Notes under the pieces: model-generated
Database searches by the model: none
What the model saw: the letters and a program-made list of their open reading frames with translations, nothing else
What the model was told of the DNA's origin: nothing
Made by a program: the position numbers and the translations under genes
NCBI RefSeq assembly: GCF_009834535.1
Contig: NC_045697.1
Coordinates: forward strand, 99,140,001-99,204,000
DNA: 64,000 nucleotides
DNA from: Camelus ferus
Lineage: Eukaryota
Direction of reading: 5' to 3'
Shown: positions 1 to 11,371 of the stretch, piece after piece
Layout of the letters: every line of letters starts with the position of its first letter
Position numbering within the stretch: the stretch's first letter is position 1

Positions 1-304
1 AACATATTAATAATTACCTTAAATGTAAATGGACTAAATGCTCGGAAAAAAGACAGAGACTGGCTGAATGGATACAAAAATAAGACCTGTAGTTTTGCTG
101 CCCACAAGAGACTCACTTCAGATCTAGAGATACATACAGACCAACAGTGAGGGGATGGAAAAGGGTATTCCATGCAAATAGAAATCAAAAGAAAGCTGGA
201 GCAGCAATACTTATATCACACAAAATAGATTTTAAAAGACTCTTACCAGAGACAAAGGACACTACATAATGCTCAAGGAATCAATCCAAGAAGAGGATAT
301 AACA

Positions 305-350
<46 letters not shown>

Positions 351-2135
351 CATACATACACATGCACCCATCATAGGAGCACCTTAATATATAAAGCAGT
401 TGTTGAACAGATATAAAAGCAGAAATCAACAATAACAAAATAATAGTGGGGGACCTTAACATCCTACTTACATCGATGGACAGATCATCTAGACAGAAAA
501 TCAATAAGGAAACACAGGCCCTAAATAACACATTAGACCAGATGGACTTAACTGATACCTATAGAGCATTCTATCTGAAAGCAACAGAATACACATTCTT
601 CTTAAGTGCACATGGAACATTCTCCAGAATCAACCACATGCTGGCCCACAAAGCTAGCCTCAGTAAATTTAAGAAAATTGAAATCATACCAAGCATCTTT
701 TCTGACCACAAATGCTGTAAGGTTAGAAATCAACTACAAGAAAAAAAACTGCAAAAATTTCAAACACGTGGAAGCTAAACAATATGCTACCAACCAGTGG
801 ATCACTGAAGAAATGAAAGAACAAATAAAAACACAGAGACAAATCAAAATGAAAACACCACAATCCAAAGCCTCTGGGACACAGCAAAAGCAGTTCTAAG
901 AGAGAAGTTTATAGAGATACATGCTTACCTCGGGAAACAAGAAAAATCTCAAACAACCTAAGCTCTCTAAAGCAACTAAGGAAAGAAGAACAAACAAAAC
1001 CCAAAGTTAGTAGAAGGAAGGAAATCATAAAGATCAGAGAAGAAATAAACAGAGACAACAATAGAAACAAACAAACAAAAAATCAGTGAAACTAAAAGCT
1101 GGTTCTTTGAAAAGATAACCTTTAGCCAGACTCATTATCAATAAAGTTAGAAATGACAAATGAGAAATCACAACTGACACCACAGAAATACAAAGGATCA
1201 TAAGAGTCTATCACGAGCAGCTATATGACAATAAGACAGACAACCTAGAAGAAGTGGACAAATTCTTAGAAGGGCACAATCTCCCAAGACAACTAGGAAG
1301 AAATAGAAAATATGAGTAGACCAAGTATCAGTACTGAATTCAAACAGTAATTTAAAAAACTCCCAACAAACAAAAGTCCAACACCAGATGGCTTCACAGG
1401 TGAATTCTACCAAACATTTAGACAAGAATTAGCACCTATCCTTCTGAAACTATTCCAAAAAATTGAAGGGGAAGGAACACTTCCAAACTCATTCTATGAG
1501 GCCACCATCATCCTGGTACCAAAATCAGACAAAGATATCACACAAAAAAGAAAATTACAGGCCAATATCACTTAGGAACATAGATGCAAAATTCTCAACA
1601 AAATACTAGCAAATCAACTCCAACAATCTATTAAAAGGATCATACAACCAAGATCAAGTGACATTTATCCCAGGGATGCAGGATTTTTCAAAATCCAGAA
1701 ATCAATCAGTGCTGATTCAACATGTTAACAAGTTGAAGAATAAAAACCATATGATCATCTCAATAGATGCAGAAAAACCTTTTGGTAAAATTCAACACCC
1801 ATCTATGATTTAAAAAACTCTCCAGAAAAGTGGGCATAGACAGAACATACCTCAACATAATAAAGGCCTTACATGAAAAACACAGCTAATTAACATCATA
1901 CTGAATGGAGAAAAGCTGAAAGCACTTCCTCTAAGATCAAGAACTAGACAAGGATGCCCACTCTCACCATTTTTAGTCAATATCGTTTTGGAAGCCCTAG
2001 CTGTTAATCAGAGAAGAAAAAGAAATAAAAGGAATCCAAATTGGAAATGAAGAAATAAAACTATCACTGTTTACAGATGATATGATACTCTACATAGAAA
2101 ACCCTAAAAACGTGATCAGAAAACTACTAGAACAC
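1..2135 (+). mobile_element. LINE-1 element A, decayed ORF2 part 1 (endonuclease to RT)
   Basis: Fragmented ORF2 peptides (GDLNILLTSMDRSSRQKINKE, HGTFSRINHML) and RT motifs (agacaaggatgcccactctc, tttacagatgatatgat). Many frameshifts. Confidence 0.95.
307..362. repeat. (TG)20 microsatellite followed by (CATA)n inside L1 ORF2
   Basis: Read directly from the sequence. Confidence 0.95.
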
Positions 2136-3846
2136 GAGAAATGTAACTAGCCCACCTAAAAGTACAAATAGAAAGACAGACAATATGAGGTGGTAGAGGA
2201 ATATCTTCCAGGCCAAGGCACAAGGTAAAATCCCAGAAGAAATAAGTGATGAAGAGATAGACAATTTATCTGAGAAAGAGTTTAGAGTAATGATGGTGAA
2301 GATGTTTAGAGAACTCAAGAGGAATATAGATGCACAGAGTGAAGTTTTTAGCAAAGAGTTGGAATAAAGAATATCCAAACAGAGTTGAAGAATAAAATCA
2401 CTGAAATTAATAACACACTAGAAGGAACCAAGAATAGACTAAATGAGGCAGAAGAACAGATCAATGAGCTAGAAGACAGATTAGTGGAAATCACTACTGC
2501 AGAACAGAAAAAAGAAAGAATGAAAATAAATGAGGATAGTTTAAGAGAACTCTGGGACAACATGAAGCACAATAATGTTCACATTATGGGGGTCCCAGAA
2601 AAAGAAGAGAAAGGACCTGAGAAAATTTTTGGAGATATAGTAACCAAAAATGTCCCCAACTTGGGAAAGGAAACAGTCGTCCAAGTCCAGGAAGTGCAGA
2701 GAGTTCTACACAGGATCAACCTGAAGAGAAACACACCAAGGCACAGTTATCAAATTGACAAATATTAAGGATAAGGATAAAGTATTAAAATTAGCAAGAG
2801 AAAAGCAACAAATAACATAGAAGGGAACTCCCATAAGTTTATCAGCTGAATTTTCAGCAGAAACTCTACAAGCCAGAAGGGAGTGGCAAAATATATTTAA
2901 AGTGATGAAAGGGAAAACTTTACAACCAAAAATATTCTATCCAGCAAGGCTCTCATTCAGATTTGATGGAGAAATCGAAAACTTCACAGATAAACAAAAG
3001 TGAAAAGATTTCAGCACCACCAAACCAGCTTAACAACAAATGTTAAAGGAACTTCTTTGGTCATCAAACCATAAGAAAAGAGAACAAAAAAGGAGGGAAA
3101 AAAAGACCTAAAAAAGATTGCTTTGGCAGTTTGGGGTCTTTATGGTTCCATATAAATTTTGGAATTGTTTGTTCTAGTTCTGTGAAAAATGTCGTGAGTA
3201 TTTTGACAGGAGTTGCATTGGATCTGTAGATTGTTTTGGGAAGTACGGCCATTATGATAATGCTGATTCTTCCAATCCAAGAACACAAGATATCTTTCCA
3301 TTTCTTTGCATCATTTTCAATCTCCTTCATCAATGTTTTATAGTTTTCATAGTACAGGTAACCTCCTTGGTTAATACCTCCTAGGTATTTTGTTGTCTTT
3401 GATGCAATGGAAATGTTTATGTCTGGTACAAAATTCTGGTTTTTGAAGTGAAAAAAAAGTGAATGAAGGGCTGCAAATGGCAAAATACCCTTCTTTCTTA
3501 TGGATGAGTTGTATTCTATTACTTACATATGCTGCATCTTCTTTATCCATTCATTTATTGAGGTTCATTTAGGATGCTTCCATATCTTGGCAATTATAAA
3601 TAATGTTGCTTTTAATAGCAGGGTGTGTGTATCTTTTTGAATTAATTCTTATTTTGTGGTTGGCATTATTCCTTTGATAACTGTGTAAGTTAAAAAAGCT
3701 AAAGCCCTAAACGTTCTTAGAAACAACAGTACATATATGTAAATTTTTAAAAAGTACAGTATATTGTGTGTATGTATTTACATGAAATATATAGTATATG
3801 TGCAGTGAAGTTGTAACAATTCTAATAAAACTGAAACATGAAAAAA
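2136..3846 (+). mobile_element. Element B: 5'-truncated ORF1-only (HAL1-like) L1 derivative nested in A
   Basis: ORF1 remnant at ~2185-3060 (LRELWDNMKHNNVHIMGVPE), antisense ORF2 piece at ~3117-3410, antisense L1 3' piece at ~3465-3645, then a unique tail with AATAAA and an A-run. Imperfect TSD aaaactactagaacac / aaaacttagaacac. A's ORF2 resumes right afterwards. Confidence 0.8.
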
Positions 3847-4995
3847 CTTAGAACACATCAATGAATTCAGTAAAGTTGCAGGATACAAAATTAATGTACA
3901 GAAATCAGTTGCATTTCTATACACTAACAATGAAATAGCAGAAAAAGAAATTAAGGAAACAATCCCATTTACTACCACACCAAAAAGGATAAAATACCTA
4001 GGAATAAATCTACCTAGGGAGCAAAAGACCTGTACTCTGAAAACTATCAGATACTGATGAAGATGGAAGAATATCCCACACACTTGGATTGGAAGAATTA
4101 ATATGGTTTAAATGGCCATACTACCCAAAGCAATCTACAGATTTAATGCAATCCATATCAAATTACCAATGGCATTATTTACAGAACTGGAAGAAGAAAT
4201 TTTAAAATTTGTAGAGAGACACAAAAGACCCTGAATAGCCAAAACAATCTTTAGAAAGAACAGAGCTGGAGGGATCATGCTCCTTGATTTCAGCCTATAT
4301 TACAAAGCTACAGTAGTGAAAACAGTATGGTAATGGCACAAAAAGAGACACATAGATCAATGGAACAGGATAAAGCCCAGAAATAAACCCACATACTTAT
4401 GGTCAATTAATCTACAATAAAGGTAGTAAGAATATACAAACAATGGAGAAAAGACAGTCTCTTCAATTAGTGGTGTTGGAGAAACTGGACAGCTACATGT
4501 AAGAGAATGAAATTAGAGCATTCTCTAACACCATAGACAAAAGTAAACTCAAAATGGATTAAAGACCTAAAAAGAAGACCAAATATTCTAAAACTCCTAG
4601 AGGAAAATATAGGTAGAATTCTCCTTAACATAAATCACAGAAATACTTTTTTGGATCTGTCTCCTAGAGTAATGGAAATAAAAACAAAAATAAGTAAGTG
4701 GGACCTGATTAAACTTGAAAGCTTTTGCACAGCAAAGGACACCATAAACAGAACGACAACCTATGGAGTGGGAGAAAATATTTGCAAACAATGAGACTAA
4801 CAAGGGATTAATTTCAAGATATACAAATAGCTTACAGTTAGCTTATATATCTTAGTATTAAAACAAAACAAAACAAAACAAAACCCAAACAACCCAATCA
4901 AAAAATGAGTAGAAGACCTAAATAGACACTTCTCCAAAAAAGACATACAGATGGCCAACAGGCACATGAAAAAATGCTCAATACTGCTAATTATT
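3847..4995 (+). mobile_element. LINE-1 element A, ORF2 part 2
   Basis: Resumes with ...atcaatgaattcagtaaagttgcaggatacaaaattaat, the expected continuation of 2135. Ends abruptly at atgctcaatactgctaattatt. Confidence 0.92.
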
Positions 4996-7900
4996 GGGGG
5001 TGCCAAGATGGCAGAGTAGAAGAATGCTCTTAGCTCACTCTCCCATGAATACCCCACGAGAGACATCCATGGATCCACCCATTCATTCAGAACTCCTGCT
5101 GAACTTTGACAGAACATTTCCTTTCTCAAAAGACAAAATTCCTCACAAAATCTGGTAGGACGGGACAAAAAAAAAAAAAAAAAAAAAAAAGGAAATTAGT
5201 GTTGGGCCTGTCTTGCAGGGTGGGAGTGGCAAAGGAGGAATAGCATTCTTATGCTGGGATGTCCCATCTCCAACAGAGAGGTCAGTGAGGATGGAAGGGG
5301 AACCTCGACTCAGGAGTGTACAGCAATCTCTTGGCCAACAGAACTCAGAGAAACCAACATAAAGGGTCCCTGTGATTCCCAGCCCTAGACATGCGCTGGC
5401 AGGAGTGGGCTGGGACTGGCTGCCTGAGCTAGGTGGAGGGCTGGGGCCAACTGCACAGAGGCAGTTTCAGGGGACTCCAGGAGGCTGGAGTGTATTGTGG
5501 GCTGTGGTTGGGAGTGTATATAGAACAGAATATCCTGGGTCCCCCATAAAAAAGAAAAAACAACACTGCTGCATTGTGGGTATGGGTGCAATGCAGCTGG
5601 GCCATAGCCATTATCTCCACAGGCCTGCAGCACCATCACTGGTGTGTTCTTGGGAGAAGAGAGGCAGGGTTCAGCCTTAGCCACCATATTCACTGATGCG
5701 TGGCTCCAAGGCAGAGGTGGGGTTGAAATCTGAATCCATACCAAAGGACTCCTCAACTTCACAGGCAGGACTGAGATTTGTTTACAGTCCCAGGCATAGG
5801 GGACCTATTTGATCCACGGGTGCCTTTGTGGACCCAGGGCTCTAAGACAAATGAGCAAGAAGCTGAGTTCCGGCACATGGTGGGGGCGAGTGCAGGTGCA
5901 GAGTTTTCAGCAGGCCTGTCTACCATTCGCAGATGCGGCACTTCAGACAGTGCTGACCCAATAGTGCACTACAATTCAGGGTGTGTGACCCAGATGTCAG
6001 CAGATCTGCACTGGTAGCTCTGAGGACAGAGAACCTGGGGGACACCTGAGCAGAGTACTGACATTCTTGTGGCTAAAGCGGGGACAAAGGCAGCATCAGC
6101 AAAGAGTATTTGAAGTGCTCCAACCCCATATACCACGCACTGCAGCTCAGAAACAGGTCTAGAAGCCTCCATTCCAACAAAAGGGGAACAGACCCAGCCC
6201 CTGTCAGTGCTTTAACCACCACAGAACAAAAAGGAGATCCCACTCAACAACCAGGGCAGGCTCTGGTCACAAGACCGGCCACACCCCCAATCAAAGGGAT
6301 AACAGCCAACACTGAGAAGAAAGACGTGGCAACCACCCATACTAAAAACAAACCTAGCAACAAAATTATTAGAGGCACACAGTGTAGACAGGAATGCATC
6401 CTCTTTCAAAAAATATATAAAACAAAAAATAGACCTTCAAGACCACAGTAGATAACTGATACTCCATAATCCATAGCGTCAGAGAGATACAAGTAAAATG
6501 AAGAAGCAGAGGAACTACTCCAAATTAAAAGAACAAGAGAAGACCTCAGAATGAACAATCAATGAAATGGACCTCGACAGTCTACCAGTTCATGCCTTCA
6601 AAAAGGAGATGATAAAAGCATTGAAGGAAATGAGAGACTGAATAAATATGCAGAATACTATAAAAAGAAAATATAAATCATAAAAAGGAGCCAATTATAA
6701 ACAGAAAACTCAATGGCTGAGATAAAAGCCAAGCTAAAGGCAGTCAAAAGCAGACTAGATAATGCAGAGGAGTGAGTAAGTGACATAGAAGACAGGATAA
6801 CAGAAATCATCCAATCAGAACAAACCAAAAAGCCAAATGAAAACTAATGAAAGCAATATAAGGGACCTATGGGATAATATAAAGCATCCCAATCTATGCA
6901 TAATAGGGGTCCCAGAAGGACAAGAAAGAGAAAAGGGGATTGAAAAGGTACCTGAAGAAATAATGACTGAAAACTTCCCAAACCTAAAGAAGGAATCATA
7001 TATCCAAGTACAGGAAGCACAGAGGGTCCCAAACAAGAAGAACCCAAACAGACCTACACCAAGACATATTATAATTAAAATGGCCAAGGTTAAAGATAAA
7101 GCAATGATTCTAAAGGCAGCATGAGGGGAAAAAAAGTTAGTTACAAGGGAACTCCCATAAGGCTTTCAGCTGATTTTTCTACACAAACACTGCTAGCCAG
7201 AAGGGAGTGGCAAGATATATTCAAAGTCCTGAATGAGAAAAGCTGCAACTGAGGATACTCTATCTGGCAAGACTACCCTTTACAATAGAAAGAGAGAAAG
7301 AATTTCACAGACCAGCAAAAACTTAAAGAAGTCAGCAATACTAAGCCTATGCTCAAAGAAATATTGAAGGGTCTGTTCTAAACAGAAAAGCAGCAGGACC
7401 CTTTAGAAAGGAGAAAACCCTAATTGGAAATGTGATAACTAAAATGAGTTACAATAGAATAAAAATGAAGATGTAAAAGAGGATGTTATAGTAAACACAC
7501 ATCAATAATTACTATAACTGTCAATGGACTAAATGCTCCAATCAAAAGACACAGAGTGGCAGATTGGATAATAAAACAAAACCCTACAATATCCTGCCTA
7601 CAAGAGACCCACTTTAGAGTGAAGAACACACATAGAATGAAAGTGAGAGCATGGAAAAAGATATTTCATGCGAATGGAAATGACAAGAAAGCAGGAGTAG
7701 CAATACTCCTATCAGACAAAATAAACTTTAAAACAAAGCCCATAAAGAAAGATAAAGAAGGACACTATATAATGATTAAGATGAGGCTATTACATTCATT
7801 AACATATATGCACCCAATATAGGAGCACCTAAATATATAAAGCAAATACTAACAGATATAAAGGGAGAAACTGATGGGAATGCATTCATAGTAGGAGACT

Positions 7901-8321
7901 TTAACACCCTGTTAACATCATTGGACAGATCTTCCAGACAGAAAAATCAAGTAAGGCCATGGAGATACTAAATGACACAATAGAATAGTTGGACTTGGTT
8001 GATATTTTTAGGACACTGCATCCCCCCAAAACAGAATATATATGCTTTTCATGTGCTCATGGAACATTCTCTAGGATAGATCATATACTTGGGCACAAAA
8101 GAAACCTCAACAAATTTAAGAGAATAGAAATTATTTCAAGCATCTTTTCTGACCACAATGGCATGAAACAGAAATCAACCACAGAAAAACAAATGAGAAA
8201 AAAATGACAGCATGCAGATTAAACGACATGCCACTAAAAAACCCAATAGATCAATGACGAAATCAAAGAAGAAATTAAAAAATACTTTTGAGACAAATGA
8301 CAATGAAAACACAACCTCACA
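4996..8321 (+). mobile_element. LINE-1 element C, 5'UTR + ORF1 (~6498-7381) + start of ORF2
   Basis: Starts gggggtgccaagatggc (G-run plus YY1-type motif), then a GC-rich 5'UTR. ORF1 peptide NIRDLWDNIKHPNLCIIGVPEG and endonuclease peptides (CLQETHF, HGTFSRIDHILGHK). Disrupted by stops and frameshifts. Confidence 0.95.
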
Positions 8322-11300
8322 GGAGGGGGAGAAGCAAGATGGCGGAGTAGAAGGACGCTTGTAGCTCACCCTCTCCCACAAATACACCAAAACTCACATC
8401 TACAGACCCACTCAGCCAACCAGAGCACCTGCCAAACTCCGACAGAACATCGCCCTCTTTGAAAAACAAAGACACCAAAAATCTGGTAGGAGAAAAGGAA
8501 AAAAGAAAGAAAAAGCAAAACAGTGTGGGACCGATCCTGTGGGGAGGGAGTGGCAAAGGAGGACTGGCGCTCGTTCACTGGGTCTCCTCTCTCCAACGGA
8601 AAGGCCAGCAGGACAGAGGGCGAGCCTCCAAGGTTCAGATCTGCCCAAGCATCCCTTGACCAACAGAACTGAGTTAAATGGGCACAAAGGGTCCCTGCGA
8701 CACCCAGCCTGAGACATGAGCTGGCAGCTGGGGGCTGGGACAGGCTGCCTGAGCTGGGTGGAGGATTGGGGCAGCTGCACTGAGGCAGCCCCGGGGGACT
8801 GCAGGGTGCTGTGTGCCGTGGCTGGGAGGGGATACAGAGCAGAACCACTTCGGTCCCCCATAAATTGCAAAAAAGCAAAGCAACACAGCTGGTGTGCCCT
8901 GTGGGGAGGGGCGCCATAGCCTTTGTCTCCTCAGACCTGCACCACCAATGCTGGCCCTTCTCGCGAGAAGAGAGGTGGGGCTCAGCTACAGCCGCCATCT
9001 CCTCCTGTGCGCAGTGCCTGGGCAGGGGTGGGGCTGAGACCTGAATCTGCACCCAGGGGCTCCGCAACCTCCTAGGCAGGACTGAGACTTGTTTACAACC
9101 CGAGGCAGATAGGATCTTTCTGCCCTGGTCCCTCAGAGAACTCGCGCTGCCAAGACAAACAAGAAGCTGAGATTTGGCACGGAGCAGGGGTGGGGCCATT
9201 CCGTGGTCTTCCCCAAGTCCGTCTTTGGAGCCCTGACCCAAGGTGGAGCAGGCAGCTGCACAGAGCAGTGAAGCGACCAGCGCCGGGAGAGGGTGTGGCA
9301 GCCCCCCACCTTCCTGGCAGGAATGTAGCACCTGACCACAGTGCTGGGAGGGGGCGCGATCAGCCCACCTGCCTCACCTGAGCGCAGCATCTGACTGCGG
9401 CGTCGGGAGGGGGAGTGACCCGCCTGCCCACCGGGTAAGAGCTCAGCACCTGACCCAGTGTTGGGAGGGGGCATGATCTGCTAGCTGGCAGCCACTGGGA
9501 GCAGCACAGACTAGGGCGCCAACAGAGGGCCTCTGGAAACAGCAAGCTGAGTACACGAAACAGGGTGAAGACACAAAGACCTCTCGATAAAATCATTAAG
9601 AGCAAACCATCTCCAGAAGAACTAGATAACTGATACTCCTTAAGCCACAGGGCCAGAGAGATAAGAGCAATATGAAGAAGCAGAGGAACCACTCCCAATT
9701 AAAAGATCAAGAGAAATCCCCTGAAAGCAAGATCAAGGAAATAGATATTGATGGCCTACTAGATTAAGATTTCAAAAAAGGAGTGATCAAAGTGCTGAAG
9801 GAACTGAAAGAAATAGTGTTTAGAGATATAAAATATGTCAAAAATGAAATAGAAGCTATAAAGAAGAACCAAGCAGAATTAGTCAACTCATTTGCTGAGA
9901 TGAGAGCTGATACAAAGGCTGTACAAAGCAGGCTAGATAATGCAGAGGAACGAATAAGTGACCTAGAAGACAGGACAACAGAAAGCACCCAATCAGAACA
10001 GCTGAGAGAAAAACAAATAAAAAACAATGAAAACAATATAAGGGACCTATGGGATAATATAAAGCGTGCCAATCTACGTATAATAGGGGTTCCAGAAGGG
10101 GAAGAAAGAACAAAGGGGATTGAAAAGATATTGGAAGAAATCATGACTGAAAACTTCCCAAACCTAAAGGAATCAGATACAGGAGGCTCAGAGGGTCCCA
10201 AACAGGAAGAACCCAAACAGACCCACACCAAGACATATCATAATCAAGATGGCCAGACTCAAAGATAAAGAAATGATCCTCAAGACAGCAAGAGAAAAAC
10301 AAAGAGTGAGTTACAAGGGAACCCCCATAAGGCTCTCAGCTGATTTCTCTACACAAACACTACAGGCCAGAAGGGAGTGGCAAGATATATTCAAAGACCT
10401 GAATGAAAAAAAGATGCAGCCTAGGATACTCTATCCAGCAAGGCTATCCATTAGAATAGAAGGAGAGATAAAGAACTTCCCAGACAAGCAAAAACTACAA
10501 GAGTTTAGCAACACTAAACCCATGCTAAAAGAAATATTGACAGGTCTACTCTAAATAGAAAAGCAGGATGCTACAAAAATGAGAAACTCATAACTGGAAA
10601 GGAGATAACTGCCATGAATTACAAAAAGAATAAACACAAAATTGTAAAAGAAGACATCTAAATCATTAAGAGTGGGAGAGGGAAGCAAGGAAAGCCACTG
10701 TGGAAAACAGTATGGAGATTCCTCAAAAGACTAGGAATAGACTTACCATATGACCCAGGAATCCTGCTCCTGGGCATATATCCAGAAGGAACCCTACTTC
10801 AAAATGACACCTGCACCCCAATGTTCACAGCAGCACTATTTACAATAGCCAAGGCATGGAAACAGCCTAAATGTCCATCAACAGATGACTGAATAAAGAA
10901 GAGGTGGTATACTTATATGATGGAATACTATTCAGCCACAAAAATGGACAACATAATGCCATTTGCAGCAACATGGATGTTCCTGGAGAATGTCATTCTA
11001 AGTGAAGTAAGCCAGAAAGAGAAAGAAAAATACCATATGAGGTCGCTCATATGAGGAATCTAAAAACAAAACAAAACAAAACAGAAATACAAAACAGAAA
11101 CAGACTCATAGACATAGAATACAAACTTGTGGTTGCCAAGGGAGTGAGGGGTGGGAAGGGACAGACTGGGATTTTAAAATTCAGAATAGATAAACAAGGT
11201 TATACTGTATAGCACAGGGAAATATATACAAGATCTTGTGATAGTGAAAAAAAAATGTGACAATGAATATATATATATTCATGTATAACTGGAAAATTGT

Positions 11301-11371
11301 GCTCTACATTAGAATTTGACACAACATTGTAAAATGACTTTTAGTCAATAAAAAATGTAAAATTAAAAAAA
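8322..11371 (+). mobile_element. Element D: L1 with complete 5' end and ORF1 but almost all ORF2 missing, nested in C
   Basis: Perfect 16-bp TSD aaaacacaacctcaca (8306-8321 and 11372-11387). CpG-retaining 5'UTR and ORF1 at 9672-10554 (a stop plus a frameshift). Junction into the ORF2 3' end at ~10694, AATAAA at 11347 and an A-tail. Confidence 0.93.

Noticed and set aside
5167..5190. A24 run as the tail of a separate retro-insertion
   Set aside because: The homologous position in D's 5'UTR (~8490-8520) is also A-rich and there is no TSD. It is an expanded intrinsic tract.
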